64,000 bases of DNA from Selaginella moellendorffii (taxonomy: Eukaryota > Plantae > Lycopodiophyta), in NCBI RefSeq assembly GCF_000143415.4, contig NW_003314343.1, positions 124,813-188,812 of the forward strand, read 5' to 3'. Position numbers and translations under genes: made by a program. Shown here in pieces: positions 13,388 to 24,963 of the stretch. The notes beneath the pieces were generated by a model that saw only the letters and a list, made by a program, of their open reading frames with translations, did no database searches and was not told the DNA's origin. Positions within the stretch are counted from its first letter, which is position 1. Each line of letters begins with the position of its first letter.

Positions 13388-14320
13388 ATGGCAGATCAGC
13401 AATCTCCTCCTTTGACTCTGGAGCAGCAGTTGGTACAATTGCTTGATGCTATGTGCTTGCAATTGAACAACCAAACTCAATTGATGGCGGCGTTCATGGC
13501 ACGTGGTACAACTCTTCCTACTCTTGGTGCCAATCCTCATGTTCAGCCGGAGTTTTTTCACGAAAATCTTGGAGATGATGTGTACTATTGGTTCGATCAC
13601 TTCACGGTGATTGCCACATATCATTCTTGGGATGATGCTCGACATTTGCATGAGTTTCCCACTTGTCTTCAAGGGACGGCATTGCAGTGGTACAATGGTT
13701 TGAGCGCAGCCACTCGTGGGGATTGGAGTGTTATCCCAGACGTCTTCAAACGTGCCTTCGGACATGCTAACGACTGTGATGATGCCTTCCAACAATTGCA
13801 TTGTCTTCGCCAAGGGCCATCTGAGTCAGTGATGCAATTTTGTGTTCATTTCCGAAGTCTTTTGCTTCGTGCGGAGCCAAATATGTCGGAGTAGATCAAG
13901 CTAGGAATGTTGTGGCCAGCACTTCGTCAAGATCTTGTCGGACTTGTGCATGCACTTACTCCCGCCACCCTTGACGATGCTCTTCGCTTGGCACAACATT
14001 ATGAGATGTCGCCTCTTCCACTTCTCGCTACACATCCTTCAGCTCCACTTCCTGTGGGTGATGGTCCTGTTCCAATGGAGGTTGATGCTGCTGCTGCTCG
14101 AGTCCAAGGCCAAGGGAGAGGACGTGGTCGTGGCCGTGATGTTCGCTGTTGGGCATGTGATGAAGTTGGTCATACTTATCAGCATTGTCGGCGTTTTCCG
14201 GATTGGCGACCTCCATTTCCTGGGTGGAGACCTTGGCATCAGCAACGTCCCGTTGGTGCTGTTGCAGTAGAAGGTTTTGACACTGAGATGCATCCGGGAA
14301 ATGAGGAGTCACAAGAGTAA
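13388..14320 (+). pseudogene. gag (capsid and CCHC zinc knuckle), one internal stop
   Basis: LRQGPSESV, PVPMEVD and CWACDEVGHTYQHC motifs. TAG at 13892. Confidence 0.85.
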
Positions 14321-17300
14321 TGGAGGGACCTTGCGCGAATAAGTCAGTGACCCCTCCATCTTTCTTTTGGGAGTATCATCAAGGGGTTTACTCAGCACCG
14401 GTTCATCCAGTGTTTACTTTCCAAGCTCGTCTTTATAACAAGAGGTCTCCTATTATTCTCTCCGTATTGGTTAATATAGGTTCGAGATTATCTTCTATTG
14501 CTCAACCTGTTGCCACACATTGTCGTCTACACTTGCATCGTGCAATGGAACCAGTTTTCATTCTTTATGGCAACGGCCGTATACATACATGTGCACGGGA
14601 TGAGGCAGACCTGGTTGTGTGTGTGGGTGATCTCGAGCTTGAGTTGCAGTTATTGCAGGTGGTGCCGAGTCAAGCTTTTGACCTCATTCTTGGTATGGAT
14701 TGGTTGCAGCGCAATCATGCCAAGTGTGACTTTGAGGTTTCTCCCCCTTGTCTCATACTTCCTTATGTTTCATCCATTCCTCTTACTTCCGTACCTCTTC
14801 ATCCCTCTACTTCTACCTCTGCTTCTATTACTTTTGTTCCCCCACTATTTCCTCCTATACTTCCATCTTGTTCTACTCTTTCTTTTTCCGATCCCTTCGA
14901 TGATCTTTGTGTTGTAGCAGTTGACTGGCTCATGAAGGAGTATTCTGATCTCTTTGAATTTGACCTATCGTCTGGAGCCAAGATTGCCACACGTCATCCA
15001 ATTCCAATTGGGGATGCTTGTCCAATTAAGGTTTCTGTTCGTTGTCGGTCACCAAAGGAGATCAAGATTTTACATGCAAGTGTCAAGGAGATATTGGAGA
15101 AGGGTGTTATTCGGAAGTCACGGAGTCCTTGGGCATGTGAACCTCATCTTGTGACGAAGCCTGATGGGAGTATTCATTTCTGCATCGACTATCGTCCGTT
15201 AAACGAAGTAACGATCGCGGATGTGTACCCTCTTCCTCACACTGTTGATCTCTTGGATCGTTTAGAGCGAAGTCATTGGTTCACCAAGCTAGATCTTGCT
15301 TCTGGGTACTGGCAAGTACCGATGGCCAAAGAAGATATTCCTAAGACTGCATTTCATACACCATTTGGTTTATATGAGTTCTTGGTGATGCCGTTTGGTT
15401 TGAACAATGCTCCAACAACTTTTCAACGGATGATGAACGAGGTTCTTTGCAATATGCTGGAGGTGACTATTGACTTCATTGATGATGTCTTGATCCACTC
15501 AGAGGGGATACGGGAGGAGCACGTTCATGATGTTTGTAAAGTGTTGGATCGGCTACGTGACATTAGTTTAAAGCTGAAGCAGTCGAAGTGCGTGTTTAGG
15601 TCCAAGGACACAACTTATCTTGGGTACCATATTTCTCGTGAGGGTTTGCAAGTTGATCCTGACAAACTTGTGGCTGTTCTAAAGTTCCCTACTCCGAAAT
15701 GTGTGAATGATGTGCAGCGCTTCTTGGGCAAGGTGCAATATCTCGGGCGTTTTGTGGATCATCTTTCTGATCACACTGCACTGTTGTGAGCGTTGCTGAA
15801 GTCATCAATGTCATCTTTCATCTGGTCTCCGGATGTAGTGCACTCTATCTCCCTCCCCTTAAGCCAACTGGAAAAGGGGCAATTGCTTGATGAGAGAGCC
15901 CTTAGTGGCTATTTTATCCTCATTTATCCCCCAAGGTTCCAAGGATCCACAGTGACAATATATCTAAATCTCATCCCATGATCACATGCGCTACACTCAC
16001 CCCCCCTTTAGAGATGTCAATGTCCTCATTGACTATTGATTAACAACCCTTACTAAGCCAAGGGATTGTGAGTGGGTGTTCGAGGATTTCAAAGAGTTAT
16101 TGACAACTCCTCCGGTTTTGGCATATCCTGACTACACTCGACCTTTTATTTTGCGTGTGGATACTTTTGATATTGGTCTTGGAGGTGTGTGAATGCAAGA
16201 GAGCTCGAGTGTGCCTAGTTAGTGCCATCCCATTGTATACATAAGCCGTACATTATAACCAGCGGAGATGAACTACTCCACGACAGAGGAGTCTTTAGCA
16301 GCAGTCTGGGGTTTCGAGAAACTTCATGCATATCTACATGGTTCTCAGACATTACTTGAAGGTGACCATGCTACTGTTACTTCGTTATTGAAGTGGAAGA
16401 ACCTGGTTGGTCGTACTTCTCGGTGGGCTTTGAAGCTTTAAATATATGATTTTGATGTTGTTCATCGCCCAGGGAGTTGTATGGCTGATGCTGATGCCCG
16501 TTCTCGAGCTCCACTTCCTTCTCCACTCTTTTTTCATGTTTCTGACGAGCCTGTCATTCCAACATCTGTGGATTTTCTAGACGAGGATTTTGTGTCGTCG
16601 GCGGTTGTTGTACTTGACGTTTAGTGTCCACAAGGTGCAGAGCAAGATCTACCTTCTCTTGAAGAGGTTCGCGAGGCTCAAAAGATTGAGCTGTGGATTC
16701 GAAGGCTTCGAGATGCGTTTGAGAATCCTGCATCACTTGATGATGACTTGCCTTTTCAGCATTTACATTCTCAATATCGCCTTGAAGATGGCCTTCTTTA
16801 TTTTGTGGGGACGGATCCTGATAATCATTTACAGCTGGTGGTGCCTTCTGTCTTTATTCCGCGGTTTCTCTATGCCTACCATGATTCTCCTGTTCTAGGT
16901 GGGCATATGGGACATCGTTGTGTGACCGAGAAGTTGCGCAAGTCTTTCTATTAGCCGGAGATGCAACGTGATGTTATCTGGTACATGCGTAGCTGTGTTT
17001 GGTGCCAAGCTCGTAATACTCCCCCTTGTGCTACGGAAGGACGGTTGGAGTCAATTGCAGTTTCTCGTCCATTTGAGTTGGTGGCATTTGATTTTATGGG
17101 ACCTTTTCCCGGTTGACTGTTGGCAATGAGTATGTTATTATTACTTCTGACTATTTGACTCGTTGGGTGGAAGTTGGTGCTCTTGCTAGCGCCTCTGCAA
17201 TTGCTGTTGGATACTTCCTCCTCAATCGAGTGGTGTTCCAGCATTCTTATCCAGAGTGGATTTTTTCGGATAATGGTCCCGCATTTATGGCTGAGGCATT

Positions 17301-18009
17301 TCATGTTTTGACGTCTCAATTGGGGATTCGCCACACTTTCACAAGTGCTTATCATCCATAATCAGACAGTTTGGTGGAACGGCTCGTTCGGACATTCAAG
17401 GGGATGATTGTGAAATATGTGAACTTTCAGCATTCGGATTGGGATGGTTATTTGCCGTCTCTTCGGTATGCATATGTCACTGGGGTGCAGAGTTCTGTTG
17501 ATGCTTCACCATATAAACTCTTATATGGTCATGATCCAATATTACTAACGGAGCTGGGTTTACCTTCACGATTGCCAGGAGCTGCGGATGCTATGTCATG
17601 GATCAGTATTTGACGAGCATTATTCCACTTGTCCGAGCAGAGTCTGCCGAACACTTAGGCCGCATACAAGTGGGACAACAACGGTGGTACAACTCCCATC
17701 ATCGTCTACCTACGGAGTACAAAGTGGATGATTTGGTGTTAGTCCGTTTTCCCCATCTTACGGTACGTGGTTTATCTGGGGCTCCTTGCACAATGAAAAA
17801 GACCGTATCGGGTGTTGCGGCAAGTTGGACCACAAGTTTATGAGGTTCGGCATGATGTCCAGCAGGCCGATCCTCCAGAGATTCTACATGTGCAGTGGTT
17901 GAAACACTTCATACAAAGGGATCAGGAGCAATTAATACCATCTACAGATCTGCCAATGCCTCCTCCTGACGTTCCTCCAGATCCCGGCCTGTCTACAAGA
18001 GAACCCTGA
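14320..18009 (+). pseudogene. pol (PR, RT, RNase H, IN), disrupted
   Basis: DLILGMDWL, FCIDYRPLN, MPFGLNNAP, FIDDVLI, HDSPVLGGHMG and SDNGPAF motifs. Contains stops and a TRIM fragment. Confidence 0.88.
15834..16065 (-). mobile_element. Truncated TRIM (3' LTR 15834-15995, PPT and ~70 bp internal), same family as 246-850
   Basis: Reverse complement of about 620-850. Removing it restores pol WSPD|CEWVF. Confidence 0.9.
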
Positions 18010-20445
18010 TGGTCTTCCATTATTCCGAGAGGGGATGATGTGAGGGCCAAGTGTACGGCTACGATGCCGCATACTAATATTAGCATAGTGGGATTTTGGT
18101 AGTCGTCGGATTGGTTTCAATTCGGACCACTCGCTCCTGTATATAAGCTAGGGTTTTTGGGCTAATTGATATGCACATTTCTGTATTCCCTTTCGATATT
18201 CCATGCACTCACAACATCTTTTTCAATTATATATTCAACTGTTATTTCTGCTAATGTTAATTCTTCTAATTCTTTTGGTCTTTGCATGTATTTTTCTATT
18301 AGTCCTGGTATTGCTATTTTTGTATCTTCTTCATGCATTTTGGCTAACTCTTGTTTTGTTTTTAAACATCTTGTACATTGTTCTTGTGGTTTGGTATCAA
18401 TAAATTGAATTGTTCTAGATATATGATGAAATAGGATTGATAATATTAAAAAAATGCTTGTTGAATTTGCATTTCTCTATCACATATGAAGTTATTTCCT
18501 AATAATCGAACTCTATTGAAAGCATTTGTTCCTTCTTCTTGGCATTTTTTAAATACAGTTGCTAAAGTTTTTGTTATCTCTGTTTCTATACATGCAATAT
18601 ATGATAAACAATAGGATGTTGCTGCATATGGATCAAGTATCATATTAGTGATAATTTTTCATTAAATGTGTCTGTATTTATATCTTTTGGATGTCATTTA
18701 TAAATTTTTTTGGGTTTGTTAATGTTGATTTTATTGCATTCTTATATTGTTCATATGTTAATCCTGTTTTTACTAAATATTCTTCAAAATTTGAATTTTC
18801 TATTTCTTTTTTTTTCTCTTCTAGAATAGTTTTTATTTTGTTATACATTATTGTGTAGGCTTCTTTTTCATGTTTTATAATTTTTTTAATTGGTTCTAGG
18901 ATTTCAGTTTCTGGCATTGGTGGAATTAGATAATTAAATCTACATTTTATATTTTTACATTTTTTACAAGTTTTTCTATGTTTGTAAATTTATACATCTT
19001 TAATACTTTCTTGTAATTTCTTTGAATCAGTACATATTTTTATTAGAATATTCTTTTATTTAATCTAATGTTTGTGGTGGATTGTTGAGCCATATTAATA
19101 CATGCTTATGTGGCATTCCTTGTTGTCGCAAATACATAATTATAATTTTTTTTCTAATATTAGATAATCAGACATTAATAGTTTTCTAAATGCAGTTGTT
19201 TTATGTGTGTAATATCATAATACTGTTATTGGATCAGCTCTTAGCATTTTATATATTTTTTCTTTTTCATTTATATTTTCTTTATTTTGCAATATATGTG
19301 AATTCAAAAGCTCCAAAGCATTTATTAATGGTTTTCAATGTCTTTCTGAACAACTTAATGTTAAAAATAATTTTGGTGGTCCTAATTGTCTTATCATAGC
19401 AAATGCATCTGTTTTTAATCCTTCTAGATTATCTGGTGATGTTCTTAAATTCTTTAAATCTCTAAAACCAATATTTGATTTTAAAATTTTATCCATATTG
19501 CCATTTTGAAGCACATCCTTTGATGTTATTTTCCTTCCTTCATATGTAAATTTTCTCAATCTAAATCCAGCATTTTGATTCACAAATTTAATTTCTGTTT
19601 TTACAGTTGGTGTAAATATATGTTCTATAAGGCCATTAGATATAACAAACAAATTTACTTATCAAGAAATAATACAATGGAAATTAATGAATGAGGATAG
19701 AAGATTTGCAAGACATGGCTTCCCTACAAATATTTTTGGGTATCCCATTTCTTCAACATCTTGATCTATAAATAATCCCAATGGATGTTATAAGAAGCTA
19801 TTGTAGAAACTTTAACAGTCCACAATAAAGTTTGGATATCTATAAGCAGAAATACACCTGTTGATAATTGGGTTAATAAATGTTAGACCAATCCCAATTT
19901 AGATTGATAGGCAATAAAATTTTGTGGAGTAAAAATCTCTTAAGGTGGACCATACCTAAGCAAAACAGATACACTATGAAAAATAACATTTGTTACTTGA
20001 GAAATTTCTAGGACTTTCATATAAGAAATATCTTAGACATTTGGCCTTTAGAGGAAAGCCATCCCCATTTCAAAATTGATTGGGAAGCTTCCTTCTAAGC
20101 CTTCAACCAAGTAACCAATCTTGGAGACTCATGTTCAGGCAAAGTTTGTTGGCAATCCGGCTTAGGCACAACATTACTAGACCGTGAGAGGAGGATCTAC
20201 GTTAGCTTTTCGTTGAAGGGCCGAAGCAAGTAGTTAAGAGTGGCACGCTGGTTCAAGGGATTCTCAGGTTGTGGAGTGAGTTTCCAGTCAGTAGGGAAAT
20301 GCCGAGGCGAATAGAGGACTGGCTAAACCAGCCCCTATTCTTCAATGACCTCTTCAAATTGGACGACAGGATGCTAGGCAGGGAAGACCAGTACACAATC
20401 TGAAGAAAGCTGCATGGCAAAGGCTTCCAAACTCTTAAGCAACTG

Positions 20446-22167
20446 TGTAAGCAACTAAATTTTCCATTCTACTTTAGTCATTTAACCACACCTCCGACCA
20501 CTTGGAGGAGTCTCACTCACAACCTCCATAAGTCCCATTCTGGACTGGGGCTGGCTAGCCCTGAGAACGACATCCATGCCACTCAACCTTTGCACTTGGT
20601 CCAAGTGCTCCACGTGTCCGATCCCATGACCAACACTCAAAGGTCTCACCGACATAACAGTCTGTTACGCTAAGGCCATGCCCAATCAACTTTGCCTCAC
20701 TGGAGATCCAATACCACTTGCATCACAGTCTTGTCTCTCCACGACTGGGCCAACTATCCATGAGTGGTCATCCCAGATCCACTCCTTAGCATTCTTAGGA
20801 TGCCCACCGACAAGGGGAACAGCCTTCCCTAATATCCCTCTTTCAATCCCCACCAAGTCCTGTCCTACCCATGGCCGTATTCACCAACACTGCCACTGGG
20901 TCAAGGCCCATAGGCCCGACCACTAAGTTATAATGTCCTCTGGGACTTCCTTACCATGTGACTATATCCTTAGTCACTACACCAGAGGTCTGCTCCTCTT
21001 CTTTTCCACAGTCTGGGACTTTGGGACAACATTTCGGAACATCGTAGCCCTACGTGGGCCTCATGGGTACTCTCCCCGCTTTCTGCCTTTGGGTGCTCTA
21101 GCCATGGGCTTAGAGCAAAGTTCTATTGAGCCACGCCATGTATCCAAGTAGGTAGTGCCACCCACACTTGGATTGGGAGCATCGACCATTCGATCTCCCG
21201 GGGGAACTAAAGCCGGCTCTTGAACACTTCACCAAGTTACCCCGCTTGTCTGTCCGTATTCACTCTAGTCTTGGACTTCCCAGTGGTCATCCCATCACCC
21301 AACAGTTGGGTATGGCCTTCTAGGGCCAAACTGACATTTTCTGGCCAAATTGGCTCCACTGGGCTCCAACCCCCACACTCTCCCTACTATACTTTTGGAA
21401 CCCCCTGCAGCCCCCCCCCCCCCCCCCCCCCCGGGGGACCCTCCACCCCCCCCCCCCCCCCCCCCCCCGGGGGACAATCACTTTAGCCTTTCACCCAACT
21501 GCCTGTATTAGTATTCGGATTTGGACTCGGACTCGGTCTCGGTCTCGAATTCGGACTCGGACTCGGTCTCAATCTCGGTCTTGGTCTCGGTCTCAGTCCC
21601 GGTCTGGGTTCCATCTCGGACTCCATCTTGGGTCGATCTCGGACTCCATCTCGGACTCCATTTCGGGTCTATCTCGGACTCCATCTTGGAATCCATCTTG
21701 GGTCCATCTCGGACTCCATCTCGGGTCCATCTCAGACTCCAACTTGCGTCCATCTCGGACTCCATCTCTCGTCCATCTCGGACTCCATCTCGGACTCTAT
21801 CTCGGGTCCATCTCGGACTCCACCTTGGACTCCATCTCGGGTCCATCTCGGGTCCATCTTGGACTCCACCTCGGGTCCATCTCAAACTCCATCTCGGGTC
21901 CATCTCGGACTCCACCTCGGACTCCATCTCGGGTCCATCTCAACTCCATCTCGAACTCCATCTCAGGTCCCTTTTCTAGAGACTCACTTATTGCTCACTT
22001 CGTGTTTGTTCCTTGAGCCCTTCATTGGGAGTTCCACTCCTGCTCTCGACCTTTCAAGTTGGAGCTTTTAGTCCAAACGTGTTACGCTCGTTTGGCTTTC
22101 GTTTCGGCCACTACCACGTGGTACCCTTTCGGCTCCACTTTGGGGCCTAGGGGTTTTGTGTCTCACA
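20446..22167 (-). mobile_element. Solo LTR (1722 bp), TSD AACTG
   Basis: TG...CA termini. AACTG at 20441-20445 and 22168-22172. Homologous to 49799-51520. Internal poly-C and a 12-bp tandem array. Confidence 0.92.
21520..21970. repeat. 6/12-bp tandem array (GACTCCATCTCG-like) within the LTR
   Basis: Visible tandem units. Similar arrays at 50790-51290, 55835-56105 and 62220-62490. Confidence 0.9.
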
Positions 22168-23109
22168 AACTGGTGGGAGTTCTAGACAAGGATAGGAGGA
22201 AGACTACAAGGTGTATGTAGGTCTTTAACCTAGGATGGTGGAGGAAAGTCCACCTTGATCTTTTTTTACATTATCAAAGCGGTGAGTGAGGCGAAGAAGG
22301 GGTAGCTTTGGCCTAGGTGTTGTCTCAAACTAGGAGACTTTGTGGCTTTGCAACAGGATGTGGAGCCAAATAGGGAACGAGTCAGCTTGGGGGCTTGGAC
22401 ACAGGCATTTATGACCCCAACACCAGCTTGGGAGGATGGCGATGTGGAAGTTTGGTTTGTTGTGTCTCCTAAACAGAATGTTGGGCGTCCTTTTTGGGTT
22501 ACGAGAGGCAATATACTGCTGCCAAAAGGAGACGAACAGGTCATATTGATGGTGACAGATGACAAAGTCAAGGGTAGGATTTGAGTAGTACGATAAGCTT
22601 TGAAGCAGTTGGTGGTGGTTCAATCGATGGCCCCACTAGAGGGGGATGGCATTCTCAAATGGTGGTGATAGCAACTCATCGAGGATCTGGATTGGGACTC
22701 AATAGCATGGAAATGAGGAGCAAGGAGCTTCTTCTCGTTTGAAGTCAAGGAAGCATAGGATGGTCTCTTGACTAGTAGGGAAGAGGCCTGAGGGGAGATC
22801 CCCAAGCTCTGGAAGAAATGGATCGAGCAAGGAGTTGAAGCAAATCAAGTTACAACACGCTTACATTCTAGAAATTACCGGTATAGGAGAAAGTCAAGGC
22901 CACCTCTTGGTTGGTGGCAAATAATGGGCTGCTAGTAGGATAGCGGTTCTAGGAGGAAGCATGCCGATGATGCAAAGAGTATAACGAGCTAAAGACAATG
23001 CGATATGCACTGTGGGAATGTGATGTGGTGAGAGAGGTATAGCGACAGATCTTCAAGGCGATGCAGGAATTATGAGACATTCTGGAGTTTGAGGCTTAGA
23101 GTGGGGATA

Positions 23110-23402
23110 TCCTCCACTGGTTCAAGGGAGCTAGAGGTCCAACTATTAGTCCAGCTTGGAGGCGTATTCGCTGTCACGGGTGACATAGATGGAACATGCA
23201 AGTCCAGTGGGATGCGACAGGGGATGAAGTCGGGATGTCAATCCGAGAGGAGATGGGCCATGACCACTGGTCCATCTAGAGAGCGACAAGAGTACAAGCA
23301 CTTTGGGAGGCACGGAACTATTGTCACTTTGATGGGCAATAAGCGAGGATAGGTTGGAGGTGTGGTTAAGTGACTAAAGTAAAATGGAAAATTTAGTCGC
23401 TT
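23110..23402 (+). mobile_element. Fragment of a related LTR 3' end
   Basis: GGTGTGGTTAAGTGACTAAAGTAAAATGGAAAA matches the reverse complement of 49812-49846. Confidence 0.6.
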
Positions 23403-23699
23403 TTGGTGGTGGTGGCATCGTGGTGGAGACTCACTCTTGCAGTGGTGTGTCTTTATTATGCCATCCTGAAAGAGTGGGTGAAACCAAGGCAGCTAGAGGA
23501 GTGGCAGTCCAGGTGGCTCCCATTGCAGTGGCGCCGCCTAGACTCCGTTCTACATTCTGCTCAAGTGGGAAACTTGGACATCAACATAATTCAAAGGAGA
23601 TGACCACATCCACTTCTACTTCAGCATTAGGTTGAGCTGCAACACAAGAGGATCACATAGAGTAGCTCATTGAAAGGGTGGCACGCCTAGTTTTTGTAC

Positions 23700-24963
23700 T
23701 AGTCCCATTAGGACATGAAGAATGTACATATACGTTTATTGAAACATAGACTAACAATTGATTTTATATATAAAGCTTTAGAGGCCATAGTCTTTATGCA
23801 TAAAATTGTCACTGTCTAGACCAAATAAGGTAATAGATATATAACATTTCCCTCATAATCTGATGAGTGGAAGGTAGACTAGAAAGAAGTATTCACAAGA
23901 TCTAGAATGAGATTACAGAGCACTTGCTCATGATATTCACAATCTTAACCTCCCTTCAGAATAAACTAAATCATTGCTTAATCAAGCTAAAGAAAAACTT
24001 GAAAGAGAGCGAGTTGAAAGCATATTAGGTACACCTCAATAAAAAGGAAATCAAAAATCCCAATACAACTTTGATGGTCATTCAGAATACGTGAATCCAT
24101 ACGCTACTCCTCCTTGGCAGTATCGACATATAGAAAATGCCTCTGCTTCAGTTGAGAATAGTGGAACACAAAACAATTGAAGTGATTCCTCATAATAGGA
24201 AGAAGAGCTAAATTTACAGCCCTTACCCTCTGATGGTGATCTAGGTTCCCTTACAAACTAAACACCTATTTTGCTTATACTAGTTGCAAAATAGAGCATT
24301 TCCTGTTAAATAGCAATGAACATGATAGCAATTGTAGAAATAACAATAGGCCTTATCATCACATATCTATCCTTTTCTAGAATTAAAGAAGAGGACCCAC
24401 AATTATATATTGAGTAATACATAAAAGCAATTAAGCTCAATCAAATAGATAGGCAAAAAAAAACTTTTTCTTTATATGCTCAAAAACAAAGCCAATAATT
24501 AGTACTATAACAATGATGTCAAAAAGCTTGGTGCATTTGATGAGCAAACAAAGTTTTTCCTTAAGGCTTTCTCTATGAAAACAAACACAAGAAAAAACTC
24601 TGATGAGTTGCAAAAGCTTCATCAAGGAAAATCTGAGACAATTAAAGATTATACAACTCGATTCAACAACCATTATAAGCATTATAAAAACTTAGTATCA
24701 GACAAATGTGTCTACGCCTATACATATAGGGCCTAAAGAAAATTTATCATGAACATGCGATAAAGAGACCTCATACAAATTTTGATGACTTAAAAAAAAC
24801 CATAATTGCCTATCAATATCTTATAAAACAATATGATATAGTAGATATAGTGAAGTCAGACAAAAAGATGACTTTTCCTTGTTCTATAGATAGGGAAACC
24901 AATTGTCTAAGAAGCCTTAAATTGCAAATCAATCTTAAATAAGGGATTTGGTATATTAGATGC
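23700..24963 (+). mobile_element. Decayed retrotransposon gag-like sequence
   Basis: KLHQGKSETIKDYTTRF motif. Its continuation at 26800-26900 encodes two CCHC-like knuckles (CIRCKNENHNKEEC; CQIC..KGH). Confidence 0.55.

Larger units (their letters stand above)
12984..18213 (+). mobile_element. Full-length decayed Ty3/gypsy element with 175-bp LTRs (12984-13158, 18039-18213), tRNA-Ala PBS and 4-bp TSD ACAT
   Basis: LTRs TGTGAG...CTCACA. PBS TGGTGGAGATG at 13160. PPT 18027-18038. ACAT at 12980-12983 and 18214-18217. Order gag-PR-RT-RH-IN. No chromodomain seen. Confidence 0.95.
10360..19650 (-). mobile_element. Degenerate Helentron (Helitron-class Rep-PIF1 helicase plus APE-like endonuclease), split by a gypsy insertion
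   Basis: Rep: FAMIRQLGPPKLFLTLSCSE, QQGMPHKHVLIWL (HUH), ILDPYAATSYCLSY. Helicase: FLTGGAGTGK, APTGKVA...IHSAF, FGGMD, GLVNGADG, TIHRAQG. Endonuclease: IICMQE, ITGDFNID. Hairpin ATTGCTGC...GCAGCAAT at about 10422-10447. Confidence 0.85.
19655..23100 (+). mobile_element. Decayed LINE (L1-like) ORF2 3' remnant, interrupted by a solo LTR
   Basis: YFWVSH/LGIP-like RT tail, Trp-rich C-terminal segment and a HALWEC-like zinc-binding motif near 23005-23022. Heavily frameshifted. Confidence 0.5.

Noticed and set aside
21520-21970. CRISPR-like array
   Set aside because: Contiguous short tandem units without unique spacers, in eukaryotic LTR context.
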